Source of the DNA: Hypanus sabinus
Lineage: Eukaryota
Reading direction: 5' to 3'
Assembly: GCF_030144855.1 (NCBI RefSeq)
Contig: NC_082719.1
Span: forward strand, 7,502,001-7,566,000
DNA: 64,000 nucleotides
The notes below the pieces were generated by a model that was not told where the DNA came from, searched no databases, and was given only the letters and a program-made list of their open reading frames with translations. The translations under genes were made by a program, and so were the position numbers. Position 1 is the stretch's first letter. Each line of letters begins with the position of its first letter. This document shows positions 61,086-64,000 of this stretch, piece after piece.

Positions 61086-61949
61086 TGGAGGAGTCTAGCT
61101 GGCCACATCCAATGATGCTGGACATTTGCTCAGTAAGTGTCCAGCATCTTCTCTTATCTTGCTGTCCCAAAACGCGTAGGAACTGGAGTAGTCTCACAGT
61201 CTCAGCGCCAAGGAGAGCAGGGTAAAATTTTGCAGAGCAGAATCAGCTCGACCCTTGCCTCTGGTCCTGGCACCTTGCATTTTCAATCCTCCTGGCTGTC
61301 CCCACAGACTCAGATTCGGATATTGCACATTTCTTAATAACTAGGGATTTTATCCATTTGAATACCAGTTAAAACAATAATATCTCACCAAGGCAGACAC
61401 ATGTATGTGGACTTGCTAAATACAGCATTATCATTACACTGGCAGCTCTACTGTGGAACCATTTCAAACACCTTTTTGAAATCTATATGCTCAGCTTCGG
61501 TTTAGGAGGCTGGATTCCTTTAGCTAAAGGATGTTTAAAAAGAGCTTGAGGGTGTGCTCTCATGTGTGTAGGTAGCACCACTTTTGACTGGTGAGGGCAT
61601 AACCGAGGTTAAACATGGCCTCTGCAGAACATAAAGCCTGATTGTTAAGAAGGATAGCTAGATGAGCTTCAAAAGCTCCCAAATCAGAGAAGGGAACCCA
61701 GAGGTCTTGATGGATGGATTGGAGAGAGGCCACGTTCAAGACCAAGGCAAACTTGCCTTGTTGTAGAAGGCATGATAGAAGGTGGCAAACAGAATTCGTG
61801 CCATATACTTGCTCATGAAGCACGTAGCATGCTTGTCAGTGAAGAAAAGTGCTGAGTAAAGACAGTTCTGTGGAAAGAAACTTTAAGATCAAGGCTGCAA
61901 ATAGAAAAAAGTAAGCCACAGCCAAACAATATCACATACATATATATCA

Positions 61950-63538
61950 CATATAAAAAGCATTCACCTCCCCCCCCACCCTCAGATTGAATCCCACCCT
62001 TTTTTAACACTGATCCGCAGAAAAAGACTCAAAGTGAAAACAGATCTCTACAAAGTGAACTAAATTAATTACAAATGTAAAACACAAAATAATTGATTAC
62101 ATAATTACTCACCCCTTTCAAGCTTTAGTAGATGTACCTTTGGCAGCATTTACAGCCTTGAGTCTGTGTGGATGGGTCTCTTTATTAGCTTTGTACACCT
62201 GGACAGTGCAATTTTTCCCTATTCTTTTTTACAAAGCTGCTCAAGCTCAGTCAAATTGCAAAGGGGATCATGAGTGAACAGCCAATTTCACGTCAGCCAC
62301 AAATTCTCAACTGGATTGACGTCAGGACTCTGACTTGGCCACTCCTGTTTGTAAGCCATTCCTGTGTAGCTTTGGCTTTAAGCTTGGGGTTCATTTTCTT
62401 GCTGGAAAATAAAACTTCTCGCAAGTTGCAGTTCTCTTGCAGACTGCATCAGATTTTCCTCCAGGATTTACCCTCTACCTTCACAAGCCTTCCAGGTCCT
62501 GCTGCAGTGAAGCACCCCACAGCATGATGCAGCCACCACCACGCTTCACTGTAGGGATGGTGTGTTTTTGATGATAGACCATAAGATATAGGAGCAGAAG
62601 TTGGCCATTCAACCCATCGAGTCTACTCTGCCATTCAATGTGTGATGCTGGGCTTACACCAAATATATCACTTAATCTGATGGCCAAAAAGCTCAAGTTG
62701 AGTTTCACCAGATAATAGAACCTTCTCCCAGCTGACTTCAGAATCTCCCACATGCCTGCTGGGAAACTCTAGCCGAGATTTCATGTGAGTTTTTCTCAAC
62801 AGTGGTTTTCTCTTTGCCACTCTCCCATAAAGCTGTGGCTGGTGAAGCACCCGGGCAGCAGTTGTTGTATGCGCAGTCTCTCCCATCTCAGCCACTGAAG
62901 CCTGTAACTCCTTCAGAGTCATCATGGGTCTCTTGGTGGCCTCCCTCACTTGTCTCCTTCTTGCACAGTCACTCAGATTTTGAGGACGGCCTACTCTAGG
63001 CAGATTTACAGCTGTGCCATATTCTTCCCATTTCTCAATGATTGACTTAACTGTACTCCACAGGATATTCAGTGACTTGGAAATTTTCTGACTTGTGCTT
63101 TTCAATAACCTTTTTGTGGAGTTGCTTGGTGTGTTCTTTTGCATTCATGGTGTAGTTTTTGCCAGGATACTGACTCACCAGCAGTTGGACCTTCCAGACA
63201 CAGGTGTATTTTACTACAATCAATTGAAACTCCAGGACTGCCACAGGTGATCTCCGTTTAACTAATTATGTGACTTCTAAAACCAATTGGCTGCACCAGT
63301 GATGATTTGGTGTGTCATGTTAAAGGGGGAGAATACTTATGCCATCGATTATTTTGTGATTTATATTTGTAATTAATTTAGATATCTTTGTAGAGATCTG
63401 TTTTCACTTTGATATGAGAGAGTCTCTTTATGCTGATCAGTGTCAAAAAAGCCAAATTAAATTCACTGTGCTTCAATGTTGTAAAACAATAAAACATGAA
63501 AACTTCCAAGGAGAAGAGAATACTTTTTATAGGCACTG
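61950..63538 (-). mobile_element. Tc1/mariner transposon, degraded
   Basis: TIR CAGTGCCTATAAAAAGTATTC with flanking TA at 63539-63540; transposase KISKSLNI..STVKSII…GRPQ…KRKPLLRK..KSRLEF…KVLLSGET and PTVKRGGGCIMLWG. Confidence 0.9.
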
Positions 63539-64000
63539 TATACTGCAAAATATTGAACACATTGCTCTTCAGGTAATTATATATTCAAAGGACAGTATTA
63601 TTAGTGAAAGCAAGCTTTAGTTGAACAGGCATCTAAGGCTTTCAGTTGTGAAAGGATCTGCTTAGATCATGAACTCTGCAATGCCCATTGCTTCAACTGT
63701 AAGATAGGTGGATCATATGAGCATTTTATGCAAAGCCTATTAGGAAGGACTGTTAATAGATTACTTTAGGTCAACAAGCAGGCTATTGTTTCATTTGTGA
63801 ACTGGTATGCAGGAACATCTCCTTCTGTTGCAAGGAACTTTACAGATACAGTAATGTTATTGTATGCAGTAAAGTATGATGTACCCAGCCTTTACTGCAC
63901 ACCACTGTTATTCAATATCTCTTTCTGATTATAGAAGGGCTTCCGAAGATTGCCCTTAGGAAGCTGCAGGAAGTACACCACTCATGCAAGGCCATCCATT

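Noticed and set aside
246-64000. Most ORFs in the supplied six-frame track as host genes (e.g. 935-1303, 5282-5563, 7807-8181, 36747-37217, 51571-52032)
   Set aside because: They are short, have no recognisable domains, or are off-frame/antisense readings of transposon fragments. Only 9453-9806 and its copies overlap a real exon in frame.

Overview
This is repeat-rich vertebrate genomic DNA. The transposon complement (V-SINE/HE1-like SINEs, CR1, Rex1/Babar, Penelope-like, Tx1, Gmr1-like Gypsy, hAT, Tc1) suggests a cartilaginous fish, probably a ray (inference). Positions 1-34328 form a head-to-tail tandem array with a period of about 10.97 kb. Each unit carries an intact four-exon CXC chemokine gene on the minus strand (CXCL8/IL-8-like, ELR-negative, 111 aa) that the ORF track does not resolve. 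Three complete copies are in the window, and 1-2742 is the upstream flank of a probable fourth copy left of the window. Every unit junction lies inside a chimeric Penelope-like retroelement, which points to unequal crossing-over between two such elements as the origin of the array. The terminal unit is a mosaic of near-identical and clearly diverged tracts. Positions 34329-64000 are mostly nested transposon remnants: an internally deleted Gmr1-like LTR element with TSD, tRNA-Pro PBS and PPT; a Penelope-like element with inverted termini and hammerhead-ribozyme cores; a hAT with an 8-bp TSD; and a Tc1. This half also has a short unique island at about 46.5-47.4 kb with C/EBP, ISRE, NF-kB and TATA motifs and a consensus splice donor. 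It looks like an orphan immune-inducible promoter facing away from the chemokine array. All alignments and translations were done by eye; no searches were run.
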